A DNA stretch of 62,267 bases, filler included. It is 5 parts of 5 records of this genome, joined end to end, with 100 filler letters (N's around TTAATTAATTAA, not from the genome) between each part and the next. Parts side by side here need not be neighbours in the genome. Positions count along the whole stretch, not along the records: positions 1 to 11,922 come from SRR31156797_801; positions 12,023 to 24,209 come from SRR31156797_802; 3 more parts are not named here. The stretch is one strand, 5' to 3'. Of the stretch, positions 10,908 to 19,725 are shown piece by piece. Numbering within the stretch: position 1 is the stretch's first letter; every line of letters starts with the position of its first letter. The translations under genes and the position numbers were made by a program. The notes below the pieces were generated by a model, which was not told where the DNA came from, did no database searches, and was given only the letters and a program-made list of their open reading frames with translations.

Positions 10908-11336
10908 ATGATTACCGTCAGTACCTGGAAAACGGGATTTAAAAGCGGCCTTAAAACCTCAGCCATGTTATTGAAAATAATACTTCCGGTGTACGTTTTT
11001 GTCACCATCCTGGGCTATACGCCCGTGATCAAGTGGATGGCCGCCATTTTTGAACCGATTATGAAACTTACCGGCCTGCCCGGGGAAGCCGCAATCGCCT
11101 TTGTCACCGGCGCCCTGGTGAACATTTATGCGGCCATGGGCATCATCATGGCCCTCGACCTGACCCCGTATCAAATGACAATACTCGCCCTGATGCTTAA
11201 CTTTTGTCACGAGTTGATAGTTGAATCAGCCGTTCTAAAGAAAGCGGGCGTAAACGCTTCTCCCGTGATTTTAACCCGACTGGCTTCGGCTTTCCTGGTT
11301 GGTATAGCCATGAACTATATCGGCAAACTGTTCTAA
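10908..11336 (+). CDS. Nucleoside-recognition (gate) domain membrane protein
   Basis: Hydrophobic; PIMKLTGLPGEAA and CHELIVE resemble SpmA/SpmB-like gate proteins. Confidence 0.7.
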   Translation: MITVSTWKTGFKSGLKTSAMLLKIILPVYVFVTILGYTPVIKWMAAIFEPIMKLTGLPGEAAIAFVTGALVNIYAAMGIIMALDLTPYQMTILALMLNFCHELIVESAVLKKAGVNASPVILTRLASAFLVGIAMNYIGKLF

Positions 11337-11349
11337 ATCAGGTGACAAA

Positions 11350-11820
11350 ATGGATTGGACTGCTATTTTCAAGGAAATATTGCACGGCGGTATAAAAACA
11401 TCTCTAATGATCGTCGGTATACTCATGCCCCTCATGATTGCCCTTGAACTCATAAAAGACGCAAAACTGCTGGATAAGGCGGCCGCCTTTCTCAGGCCCG
11501 TCATGCGCTTGTTTACCTTACCGCCGGATGGCGCCTATCCCATGTTGGCCGGAGTCTTTTTCGGCATTTCCTATGGCTCGGGCGTCATTTTGTCTTTTGC
11601 CGAAAACGGCGGATTGCAAACCAGGGATCTTCAACTCATCGGCATTTTTCTGGCCATTTGTCACGGAATGATAGAGGACCCCCTGGTTTTCGCCGCTCTC
11701 GGCGCAAATTGGTGGATTATCGTGGCCGTCAGATTCGGATTGGGAATCGTCGCCATGCTGCTGTTATCCAGAATTATAAAAGCACGTCCGGCTGACGCCT
11801 CCGAACAGACGACGGCTTGA
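11350..11820 (+). CDS. Nucleoside-recognition (gate) domain membrane protein, partner of the upstream gene
   Basis: Hydrophobic; PVMRLFTLP, GISYGSG and ICHGMIED motifs. Confidence 0.7.
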   Translation: MDWTAIFKEILHGGIKTSLMIVGILMPLMIALELIKDAKLLDKAAAFLRPVMRLFTLPPDGAYPMLAGVFFGISYGSGVILSFAENGGLQTRDLQLIGIFLAICHGMIEDPLVFAALGANWWIIVAVRFGLGIVAMLLLSRIIKARPADASEQTTA

Positions 11821-11860
11821 ATTATCTACCAGGTAATTAATCAGTTGTCGCGTGATGCTT

Positions 11861-11886
11861 GTAGCGGCGCCCCCCTATGGGCGCCG
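11861..11886 (+). repeat. GTAG-type REP-like palindrome
   Basis: GTAG followed by the stem CGGCGCCC-ccctat-GGGCGCCG; single copy in the window. Confidence 0.4.
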
Positions 11887-11922
11887 ATGAATTTCTATAG
11901 CGTTTCTCATATTTAAGTTCCG

Positions 11923-12022
11923 NNNNNNNNNNNNNNNNNNNNNNNNNNNNNNNNNNNNNNNNNNNNTTAATTAATTAANNNNNNNNNNNNNNNNNNNNNN
12001 NNNNNNNNNNNNNNNNNNNNNN
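11923..12022. other. Artificial contig spacer
   Basis: N44-TTAATTAATTAA-N44, a linker with stops in all six frames. Confidence 0.98.
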
Positions 12023-12458
12023 CGACGCGCTGCTGCTGGCCGCCGGAAAGCTCGCTCGGGTATTTCCAGCCGAGCTCGCCGAGGCCGACCCGATCCAGCA
12101 TTTTCTGGCCGCGCGCCTCGGCTTCATCCTTGCTCCGTTCCAGCACCTTGATCTGGGCCAGGCAAATGTTCTGGATCGCCGTCATGTGCGGGAACAACTC
12201 GAAGTTCTGAAACACCATGCCGATGTGCGAACGCAGCTTCGGCAGGTTGGTCTCCTTGGCGCCGACCGAGACATCATTAACCAGGATTTCGCCTTCCTGG
12301 AAGGGCTCCAGGCCGTTGACGCATTTGATCAACGTGCTTTTGCCCGAACCCGAAGGCCCGCAGATGACGACCACCTCGCCCTTGGCGACGCTGCTGGAGT
12401 TGTTCTTGAGGACCTGGAAGTCGCCGAACCATTTGTTGACGTTTTGAATTTCGATCAT
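12023..12458 (-). CDS. gltL: Glu/Asp ABC transporter ATP-binding protein (3'-truncated)
   Basis: MIEIQNVNKWFG, GPSGSGKST and LSGGQQQRV; runs into the spacer. Confidence 0.85.
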
Positions 12459-13114
12459 CGGTGCATCTTCTTCTGAAGGACTTTGACGTACAGCGAGCCG
12501 CAGTAACACATGACGAAATAAACGACCGCCGCGAAAACATAGAGCTCAACAAGCCGTGAATCGCGCTGTGCCACGGTAACCGCCGAGGTCATGAAATCGG
12601 CCAGGCCGACGACGAAGACCAGCGACGTATCCTGGAACAGGATGATGGTCTGCGTCAGCAGCACCGGCAGCATGTTGCGGAAAGCCTGCGGCAGCACGAC
12701 GTAGCGCATGGCCTGGCTGTATTTGAGGCCGAGCGCGTAACCGGCCCAGGCCTGGCCGCGGGAGATGCTGAGAATTCCGCTGCGCATGATCTCGCAAAAA
12801 TAGGCCGCTTCGAACAATACGAAGCCGATCAGGGCGGATTCGAATGCGTCGACCTGTCCCTGGACGATCAGCGGTACCAGGAAATAGAACCAGAAGATGA
12901 CCAGCAGCAGCGGCAGCGAGCGGAAAAAATTGACCCAGGTGGCGCCGATCCATTCCAGGATCGAAATACCCGAAAGGCGCATCAGGGCCAGGATGGTGCC
13001 CAGCACGATACTGCCGATCGCCGCCAGGCCGGTCAGCAGCAGGCTCAGCATCATGCCGTCCCACAAGTACGGGATGGCGGTGGCGATAACGCTGAAATCG
13101 AAGGATCCCCACAT
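12455..13114 (-). CDS. gltK: Glu/Asp ABC transporter permease
   Basis: FEAAYFCEIMRSG and LPQAFRNMLP..TQTIILFQDTSLV are typical of GltK. Confidence 0.85.
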   Translation of the reverse strand: MWGSFDFSVIATAIPYLWDGMMLSLLLTGLAAIGSIVLGTILALMRLSGISILEWIGATWVNFFRSLPLLLVIFWFYFLVPLIVQGQVDAFESALIGFVLFEAAYFCEIMRSGILSISRGQAWAGYALGLKYSQAMRYVVLPQAFRNMLPVLLTQTIILFQDTSLVFVVGLADFMTSAVTVAQRDSRLVELYVFAAVVYFVMCYCGSLYVKVLQKKMHR

Positions 13115-13116
13115 GA

Positions 13117-13839
13117 TCAGTTCCCCCCGTCAACGCCGTAACCGGGGATGCGCGTCTTCATCTCGACCTTGTGCATGACCGCGACGACGATCAGCGTGAC
13201 GACGACATAAATCAGCGTTGCCGCGGTGAAGGCTTCGAATCCCTGGAATGTGTAATTCTCGATCTGCCGGGCCTGATAGAGAACCTCGGCGACCCCGATG
13301 GTCAGTGCCAGCGACGAATTCTTGAAGATGGTCAAAAATTCGCTGGTCAGCGGCGGAACGATGATGCGGTAGCCGACCGGCACCAGCAGATAGCGATAGA
13401 CCTGAACCACGGTCAGGCCCATGGCCAGGCCGGCCATGCGCTGCCCGCGCGGGATCGATTCGATGCCGGCGCGCACCTGTTCGGCGACACGCGACGCCGT
13501 GTAGGTGCCCAGGCAGAGGATGGCGCTGGTGGCTTCCGGCCACGGCATGTCGCGTTTCATCCAGCGCCCGAAATCGTCGGTCACCAGTTCCGGTACGACG
13601 TAAAACCAGATGAACATCTGCACCAAGAGCGGGATGTTGCGGAACAGTTCGACATAGGCGGTGGCGATGGCCCGGACGATGCGGCTGTCGACCGTGCGCG
13701 CGACGCCGACCAGCGATCCCAGCGAAAAGGCGATGATCCAGGCAATGGCCGAAACCAGCAGGGTCCACTCGATGCCGGTGACAAGCCACTCCAGATAGGG
13801 CTCCTCGAAGAGGACGCCCCAATTCCAGTTATATTTCAT
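13117..13839 (-). CDS. gltJ: Glu/Asp ABC transporter permease
   Basis: MKYNWNWG, FRNIPLLVQ, EQVRAGI and PPLTSEFL..FKNSS are typical of GltJ. Confidence 0.85.
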   Translation of the reverse strand: MKYNWNWGVLFEEPYLEWLVTGIEWTLLVSAIAWIIAFSLGSLVGVARTVDSRIVRAIATAYVELFRNIPLLVQMFIWFYVVPELVTDDFGRWMKRDMPWPEATSAILCLGTYTASRVAEQVRAGIESIPRGQRMAGLAMGLTVVQVYRYLLVPVGYRIIVPPLTSEFLTIFKNSSLALTIGVAEVLYQARQIENYTFQGFEAFTAATLIYVVVTLIVVAVMHKVEMKTRIPGYGVDGGN

Positions 13840-13871
13840 TTTTGGTTATCCGATGACGGCATGCGGATAGC

Positions 13872-13912
13872 GTAAAAAGGAAAGGCCGGAAATGCTGAAA
13901 GCATCTCCGGCC
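13872..13912 (-). terminator. Stem-loop / weak terminator after the SBP gene
   Basis: Minus strand GGCCGGAGATGCT-TTC-AGCATTTCCGGCC followed by a pyrimidine/U run. Confidence 0.5.
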
Positions 13913-13925
13913 CTGTCCCAATCGG

Positions 13926-14816
13926 CTATTTCGGGAACGCCTGAACCGCGAAATTGGTCTCAAGCACGTCGCCCGCCGGCACCTTCAGTGCCGAACCGCC
14001 CGGAATCGGTTCCATGAACCACTTGTTGTAGATCTTCAGGATCTCGCCGGAACGGAACAGACCGGCCAACGTCTTGTTGGCGATCAGACGCATCGCCGAA
14101 TCGTCGCGCGGCAGCATCAGCGCATACGGATCGAACGACAGGAAGCGACCGACGACTTCGTAGTCATCCGGATTCTTCGCCTTCGAAATCAGGCCGAACA
14201 GCAGGATATGGTCGGTCGAATAGACGTCGACGCGATCGGTTTCCAGCGCCAGGAAGCCCTCGGCGTGATCCTTCACGTTGAGCACCTTGACGTCCTTGAT
14301 GCCCAGATCCTTGATGGCGTTCTTGACGGCGCGCTCGTTGGTCGTGCCCTGGGCCAGGGCGATCGCCTTGCCGGCCAGATCTTCGATTTCCTTGATGCCG
14401 GACGACTTCTTGACCAGCAGCTTGGTGCCGGTGATGAAGGTCGTGTAGGCATAATCGACCTGCTGTTGGCGGGTCAGGTTATTGGTGGTTGAACCGCATT
14501 CGATGTTGATGTTGCCGTTGGCGATCAGCGGGATGCGGGTCTGCGGCGTCACCGGAACCAGCTTGACTTCAAGCTTGTCGAGGCCGACTTCTTCCTTCAC
14601 CGCGTCGACGATCTTCATGCACAGATCCATCGAATAGCCGATCGGCTTCTGGTCCGGGCCGATATAGGCGAACGGCACCGACGATTCGCGGTGACCGACG
14701 ACGATCACACCGGTTTCCTTGATTTTCTGCAACGAGCCGTAGAAATCGGCGGCTCCGGCCGAAAATGCACAGAGAACAGCCCCGGCAGCCGCCAGGACGA
14801 GCGTTTTTCTAAGCAT
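13926..14816 (-). CDS. gltI: Glu/Asp ABC transporter substrate-binding protein
   Basis: Signal peptide from MLRKTLV (14816); GHRESSVPFAY, IECGSTTNN and GTTNE motifs. Confidence 0.88.
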   Translation of the reverse strand: MLRKTLVLAAAGAVLCAFSAGAADFYGSLQKIKETGVIVVGHRESSVPFAYIGPDQKPIGYSMDLCMKIVDAVKEEVGLDKLEVKLVPVTPQTRIPLIANGNINIECGSTTNNLTRQQQVDYAYTTFITGTKLLVKKSSGIKEIEDLAGKAIALAQGTTNERAVKNAIKDLGIKDVKVLNVKDHAEGFLALETDRVDVYSTDHILLFGLISKAKNPDDYEVVGRFLSFDPYALMLPRDDSAMRLIANKTLAGLFRSGEILKIYNKWFMEPIPGGSALKVPAGDVLETNFAVQAFPK

Positions 14817-15128
14817 AGCTAGCCTCTCCCTAAGAGGTGACCATTGAATAAACATCCGCCGCGCCGTAGGTCCCTCCTGTTCCGAAGTTTGCCTTCGGAA
14901 GACACGACCGGCAGTTATGTGACCGGCGCCCCCGCGCCGACTGTCATCCGGCATAGCGATATTAAACCGTAGGTGCAAGGACTCTGTGCGCCGTAACAAT
15001 TATTTCCGATTTGTCGATTTCGCGGACGGTTAATTCGAACAGCTTGCGGCTTGCGCACGGCGCGCGCCGCCGATAGGCTTCGTCCCGGCCGTCCGGCAGC
15101 GCAAATCCGGCTGCGGACCCGGCCCGAT

Positions 15129-15214
15129 GCGGGCGTGGTGAAATTGGTAAACACAAGGGACTTAAAATCCCTCGGCTTTAAGCCTTGCCGGTTCAAGTCC
15201 GGCCGCCCGCACCA
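15129..15214 (+). tRNA. tRNA-Leu(TAA)
   Basis: GCGGGCG acceptor stem, anticodon arm AGGGA-CTTAAAA-TCCCT, long variable arm, GTTCAAGT T-loop and encoded CCA. Confidence 0.97.
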
Positions 15215-15312
15215 AAATTATCTGCCATGACAACTTGATCGTCCGTGCCGCCCTTGCGACACTGCGCACCGTCGAATTCTTTTCTCCGTTTCACTCATAA
15301 GAGGATTTTCAG

Positions 15313-15639
15313 ATGATCCATGAACTGCGCGTCTATCATTGTGCCCCCGGACGCCTGCCGGCGCTGTTGAAGCGCTTCGAAACCATCACGCTGCCGCTGT
15401 GGGAAAAATTCGGCATCCGCCAGGCCGGCTTCTGGACGGTCGAAATCGGCGAGTCCAACAACGACGTCTATTACCTGCTGGAATGGGAATCCCTGGCCGA
15501 ACGCGATGAGAAATGGACTGCCTTCCAAAGCGATCCGGAATGGATCGCGAAGCGCGCCGAAACCGAAAAGGACGGCCCGATCCTGACCTCGCTGTCCAAT
15601 ACCATCCTGCGCCCGACCGCGTTTTCATCGGTGAAATAG
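15313..15639 (+). CDS. NIPSNAP family protein
   Basis: MIHELRVY..PG..RF, YYLLEWESLAER, DPEW and LRPTAFS. Confidence 0.9.
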   Translation: MIHELRVYHCAPGRLPALLKRFETITLPLWEKFGIRQAGFWTVEIGESNNDVYYLLEWESLAERDEKWTAFQSDPEWIAKRAETEKDGPILTSLSNTILRPTAFSSVK

Positions 15640-15701
15640 ATCCGGTGTCCGGCTGACCCGCGGCCTTGGGCGGCACCGGGTCGGCCGATCTTTCCAACGC
15701 T

Positions 15702-17171
15702 CTAGGAATTCAGCCAGTTCTCTTCCGGCTTGCGGAAAGGATAACGGTGCGCCTCGCGCGGATCGGTCGCCTGCGCCCAGGCTCGGCGCAGATCGGTGTC
15801 GGCCGCCTTTTCGGCCTGCCGTTCGGCGATTTTTTCGGGATCCCAACCGATCAGCAGCCGTTCGGTCAGATCCGCCTGGATGTCTGCCAATTCCGGCCGG
15901 CCGGCTAGGTCGAAAATCTCGGCCGGGTCGTCGATCATGTCGAACAGCTGCGGCGGCTGGCCGTGATAATAATTGAGCTTCCAGCGGTCGGTGCGGATCA
16001 TGCGCTGCTGCACCGGCGGCGACTCGACGGTCATCAGGCCGCCGTAGAATTCCGAGAATGTCTCGTTCAACCAGGGCGCGGTGCCGTCTTCGGCAAGGCC
16101 CAATAAACTGCGGCCCTGCGAATTGGGAAGCGCCGGCGCCCCGGCGGCCTCGAGCAGGGTGGCGTTGAGGTCGATCAGATTGACGATGTGGTCGCGGCGC
16201 CGGTTTGCCGGCAGTCGCCCCGGCCAGGATACGATCAGCGGCACCTTCGCCGATTGATCGTACAGCGTGCTTTTGCACCACAGGCCGCGCTCGCCGATCT
16301 GCTCGCCGTGATCCGAGGCATAGACGCCGACGGTGTTCTCCAGCAGGCCGTTGGCGCGCAGCCGATCGACGATCTGCCCGGCCATACGGTCGATCTTGCG
16401 CACGTTGCCGTAATAGGCGGTGCGGGCGCGATCGACGACGTCGGCGGGGATGTCCAACAGCTCGGTTTGTTCCCGCCAGGCCCGGATATGGGGATGTTCG
16501 TCGTTGGCCGGGTCGAGCCCCGGCGGCGGCACCCGGCCCCGGAAGAATTCGAAATCTTCAGGCTCGGCGACATAGGGATGGTGCGGCAGGAACCAGCCGA
16601 CCGTCAGGCAGAACGGATCGTCGCCTTCGCCTTTTTCCTGCGCACCGAAGCGATCGATCAGGGCGCAGGCGTCATTGGTGACGTCGACGTCGAAATAGTG
16701 ATGGGCGGTGTAACCGATACCCGAGTGCGCGAACGACGGGCCGCTGCTGCCGCGCGCCGGCGCCACCGGGCCCAACTCCGGTGCCTTGCCACCGGCCCAG
16801 GTCGGGCCGATCTCGCCGATGCGGCGCTCGCCGAATCCGTGGGTCTGGTCCGGCCCCAGCCAGTGCATGCGGCCGATCATGGCGGTTCGATAGCCGGCCA
16901 GCGACAGCGAATGGGCGAAAGTCGGGATGTCGGTATGCAGGGTTTCGTGGTTACCGAAACAATCGATGGCGTGCGGATAACGGCCGGCCAGCATGGCCAT
17001 CCGCGACGGCGCGCATAGGGGCGCGGCGCAATAGGCGTTGTCGAACGTGATGCCGCTTGCGGCCAGACGGTCGAGGTTCGGTGTGTCGGCGATTTGATCG
17101 CCGTAACAGCCGGCAATGCGCTGGGCGTGCTGGTCGGTGAACATGAAAACGATATTCGGACGCTTGGCCAT
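15702..17171 (-). CDS. Cys-type (formylglycine) sulfatase, choline-sulfatase-like, cytoplasmic
   Basis: RPNIVFMFTDQH, CAPSR signature, PHHP and SDHGE; no signal peptide. Confidence 0.9.
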   Translation of the reverse strand: MAKRPNIVFMFTDQHAQRIAGCYGDQIADTPNLDRLAASGITFDNAYCAAPLCAPSRMAMLAGRYPHAIDCFGNHETLHTDIPTFAHSLSLAGYRTAMIGRMHWLGPDQTHGFGERRIGEIGPTWAGGKAPELGPVAPARGSSGPSFAHSGIGYTAHHYFDVDVTNDACALIDRFGAQEKGEGDDPFCLTVGWFLPHHPYVAEPEDFEFFRGRVPPPGLDPANDEHPHIRAWREQTELLDIPADVVDRARTAYYGNVRKIDRMAGQIVDRLRANGLLENTVGVYASDHGEQIGERGLWCKSTLYDQSAKVPLIVSWPGRLPANRRRDHIVNLIDLNATLLEAAGAPALPNSQGRSLLGLAEDGTAPWLNETFSEFYGGLMTVESPPVQQRMIRTDRWKLNYYHGQPPQLFDMIDDPAEIFDLAGRPELADIQADLTERLLIGWDPEKIAERQAEKAADTDLRRAWAQATDPREAHRYPFRKPEENWLNS

Positions 17172-17186
17172 AACCCTGCTCCGTGC

Positions 17187-17975
17187 TCAGTCCATCCAGC
17201 CCAGGTTCTGTGAAATATTTTTTGCCGCCTCCATCACAGATGGCGCCCATCCTTCCAGTTTGTCGCGGTCGGTCCGGAAGGTCGGTGCCGATACGCAGAC
17301 CGAGCCGACGATCTCGCCCCGGAAATCGCGGATGCAAGCGGCGACGCCGCTGATGTCGGACTGGTGCTCCCTGATGGCGATGGCGTAACCGCGGCGGCGG
17401 ATGTCGGCCAGCTCCTCGATATAGGTTGCGGCGTCCGTGATGGTGTCCTCGGCGACCCGTTCGAACGACAGCGAGGCGATGATCTGTTCGCGCCTGTCGG
17501 CGGGCATCGAGGCGACCATGGATTTGCCCATGGCCGTGCAATGGACCGAGGCGCGGTTGCCGATGGCCGAATGCAGGCGCAGGATCTTGTGACTTTCGAC
17601 GCGATCGAGAAAGACGATCTCGTTGCCGTCGGGCACCGACAGGTGGACGTTTTCGCCGGTCAGCTTGCCCAGGCGCTGCATGTCGTCGATGGCGGCGTTG
17701 CGCAAATCCAGATTGCGCCAGGTCCGGAAAGCCAAGCTCATGAACCGGAAACCGATCCCGTAGGTGCGGGTTTTCTGTTCGAACTGGACCAGGTGTTCGT
17801 TGACCAGAATCGACAGAATGCGATGGCAGGTGCTTTTCGGCAGGCCGACTTCGCGAACCAGTTCGCTCAGCCCGATCGGCGATCCGGCATCGGCCAGGGT
17901 TTCCATCAACAACAGACTTTTCGTCAGTGTCGTGCTGCTCAGCAGGTCTTTATTCATGGTTTTCCGCTTTTTCAC
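17187..17975 (-). CDS. IclR-family transcriptional regulator
   Basis: HTH LPKSTCHRIL, GENVHL and HCTAMGKS. The start may be the ATG at 17957. Confidence 0.92.
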   Translation of the reverse strand: MKKRKTMNKDLLSSTTLTKSLLLMETLADAGSPIGLSELVREVGLPKSTCHRILSILVNEHLVQFEQKTRTYGIGFRFMSLAFRTWRNLDLRNAAIDDMQRLGKLTGENVHLSVPDGNEIVFLDRVESHKILRLHSAIGNRASVHCTAMGKSMVASMPADRREQIIASLSFERVAEDTITDAATYIEELADIRRRGYAIAIREHQSDISGVAACIRDFRGEIVGSVCVSAPTFRTDRDKLEGWAPSVMEAAKNISQNLGWMD

Positions 17976-18026
17976 CCTTCGGTGCCGTCGGCAATTCTTG
18001 ACAAATGACCATAATATTTTTTACCA

Positions 18027-18062
18027 TCCCATTATAAAGAACAAGTGTTCAATATAGTGGGA
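18027..18062. promoter_or_regulatory. Putative IclR operator (double site, long imperfect palindrome)
   Basis: TCCCATTATAAAGAACA-AG-TGTTCAATATAGTGGGA (14 of 17 positions complementary) between the divergent iclR and tctC genes. Confidence 0.55.
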
Positions 18063-18137
18063 CACCCGTCAAGAGCAAAAATAACCCAGACAGGGCCCCC
18101 GTGACCCGTGGCCGTGCGCCGCATTAGGGAGGCACTC

Positions 18138-19115
18138 ATGAAATCTATGTTATCGACTTGGTGCGTATCGGCCGTATTGGCGGTCGGGCTCGCGCTGTCG
18201 CCGTCATCGCCGTGGACCGGCGGTACCGCCGAAGCCGCCTATCCGGAAAAACCGATCAAGGTCATCATCGGTTTCAAGCCGGGTGGCCGCACCGATACCG
18301 TCGCCAGATTGATGGCGAAGGAAATCAAGGAACGCAATCTGTTGCCGCAGCCGCTTGTCGTCGTCAACGTGCCCGGCGCCGGATCGACCATCGCCGGCCG
18401 CCAGGTCGTCGAGGCCGAGCCCGACGGCTACACCCTGATCCATTGGCACCATCAGATGCTGATCGCCAATGCCATGGGCACCTTCGAATTCGGTCCCGAC
18501 GATTTCAAATCGATCGGCTTTACCGGCGGCGGCAGCCCGATCTGGGCGGTCCATGAGGAATCGCCTTACAAAACCTGGGCCGATCTCAAAACGAAACTGA
18601 AGGCCGACCCGAAGGGATTGGTCGAGGTCATCGGCATCGGCACGATCCCGCATTTCGTCGGTGCCCTTCTGGCCAAGGAAGCCGGTTTCGAAACACGCAA
18701 GCTGGCCGCCAGCAGCGGCGCCGAGCGCAGCAAGGCGTTGCTCGGCCGGCACGCCGACATCGCCCTGTTTTCCGCCGCCGAATACACCAAGTGGCAGGGC
18801 GGCGGCATGCGGGCCCTGGTTTTCTTCGGCCCGAACCGGGTCGAGAAAATCAAGGAAGTCCCGACCGCCAAGGAACTCGGCTACAACGTCACCTGGGCCA
18901 ACCCGAACTGGTGGCTGGCGCCGCAGGGAACGCCGCAGGACCGCATCGACGTGCTAGCGACGGCATTCAAGGCGGTAATGGACGATCCCAAGATCCAGCA
19001 ATGGTTCGTCGAACGCGTTCTCGATCCCTATTGGACGGACGGTCCGACCGCCACCAAGGAATCCAATGCATTGCTCGGGCAGCTCAAGGACGCTGCCAAG
19101 GACATCAAAAAATAG
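18138..19115 (+). CDS. tctC: Tripartite tricarboxylate transporter substrate-binding protein
   Basis: Signal peptide, YPEKPIKVII, PGGRTD, NVPGAG, PDGYTL and VPTAKELG; RBS GGGAGG. Confidence 0.9.
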   Translation: MKSMLSTWCVSAVLAVGLALSPSSPWTGGTAEAAYPEKPIKVIIGFKPGGRTDTVARLMAKEIKERNLLPQPLVVVNVPGAGSTIAGRQVVEAEPDGYTLIHWHHQMLIANAMGTFEFGPDDFKSIGFTGGGSPIWAVHEESPYKTWADLKTKLKADPKGLVEVIGIGTIPHFVGALLAKEAGFETRKLAASSGAERSKALLGRHADIALFSAAEYTKWQGGGMRALVFFGPNRVEKIKEVPTAKELGYNVTWANPNWWLAPQGTPQDRIDVLATAFKAVMDDPKIQQWFVERVLDPYWTDGPTATKESNALLGQLKDAAKDIKK

Positions 19116-19217
19116 TCCCGATGTCGTAAGCTATCTGCCGATGCGATTGCCGCCGGGCTCGAGAACGAGCCCGGCGGGATCGGCCGACAACTCGCTCGCC
19201 GTCAGGGGACAGATCAC

Positions 19218-19724
19218 ATGCAAAGCGGTGTCAGCAATCCGAAAGCGGATATCGTCCTTTCCATCTCCATCATCCTGTTTTCCGCTGTTATCTACGTGGC
19301 GGCGATGGACCTGCCGCCGGCCTATTGGGAGCCGCTGGGTTCGGCGGCGCTGCCACAGGGCTTAAGCGTCATCATGACCCTGTTGTCCCTGTTCCTTCTG
19401 GTCCGCGGGGTGGTGGCGCTTCGTTCCTACGTACCGCCGGAACCGAAACCGGACGAATTCGAACGCCGGCCGAAGGCGGCGATCGGCATGTTCCTGATGT
19501 GCATTGCCTATGTCGGCGCCATGGACCTTCAGATTTTCGGATTTTTCGAGGCGACGATCGCTTTTCTGGTGGCGCTGTGCCTGATGTTCACCCGCACCGA
19601 GCGCAGGCATATTCCGTGGATTATCGGTTTCGCCCTGGTTATCGCGCTGGGCAACTTCCTGATCTTCACGAAGTTCCTCTATGTCGATCTGCCCGTCGCC
19701 GAATGGCTGTGGGGAGGGGTCTGA
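19218..19724 (+). CDS. tctB: Tripartite tricarboxylate transporter small subunit
   Basis: Multi-TM protein with PLGSAALP and FLYVDLP; lies between tctC and tctA. Confidence 0.85.
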   Translation: MQSGVSNPKADIVLSISIILFSAVIYVAAMDLPPAYWEPLGSAALPQGLSVIMTLLSLFLLVRGVVALRSYVPPEPKPDEFERRPKAAIGMFLMCIAYVGAMDLQIFGFFEATIAFLVALCLMFTRTERRHIPWIIGFALVIALGNFLIFTKFLYVDLPVAEWLWGGV

Positions 19725-19725
19725 C

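Noticed and set aside
11967-11978. TTAATTAATTAA palindrome recurring four times
   Set aside because: It is an artificial six-frame-stop linker inside N runs, not a biological repeat.
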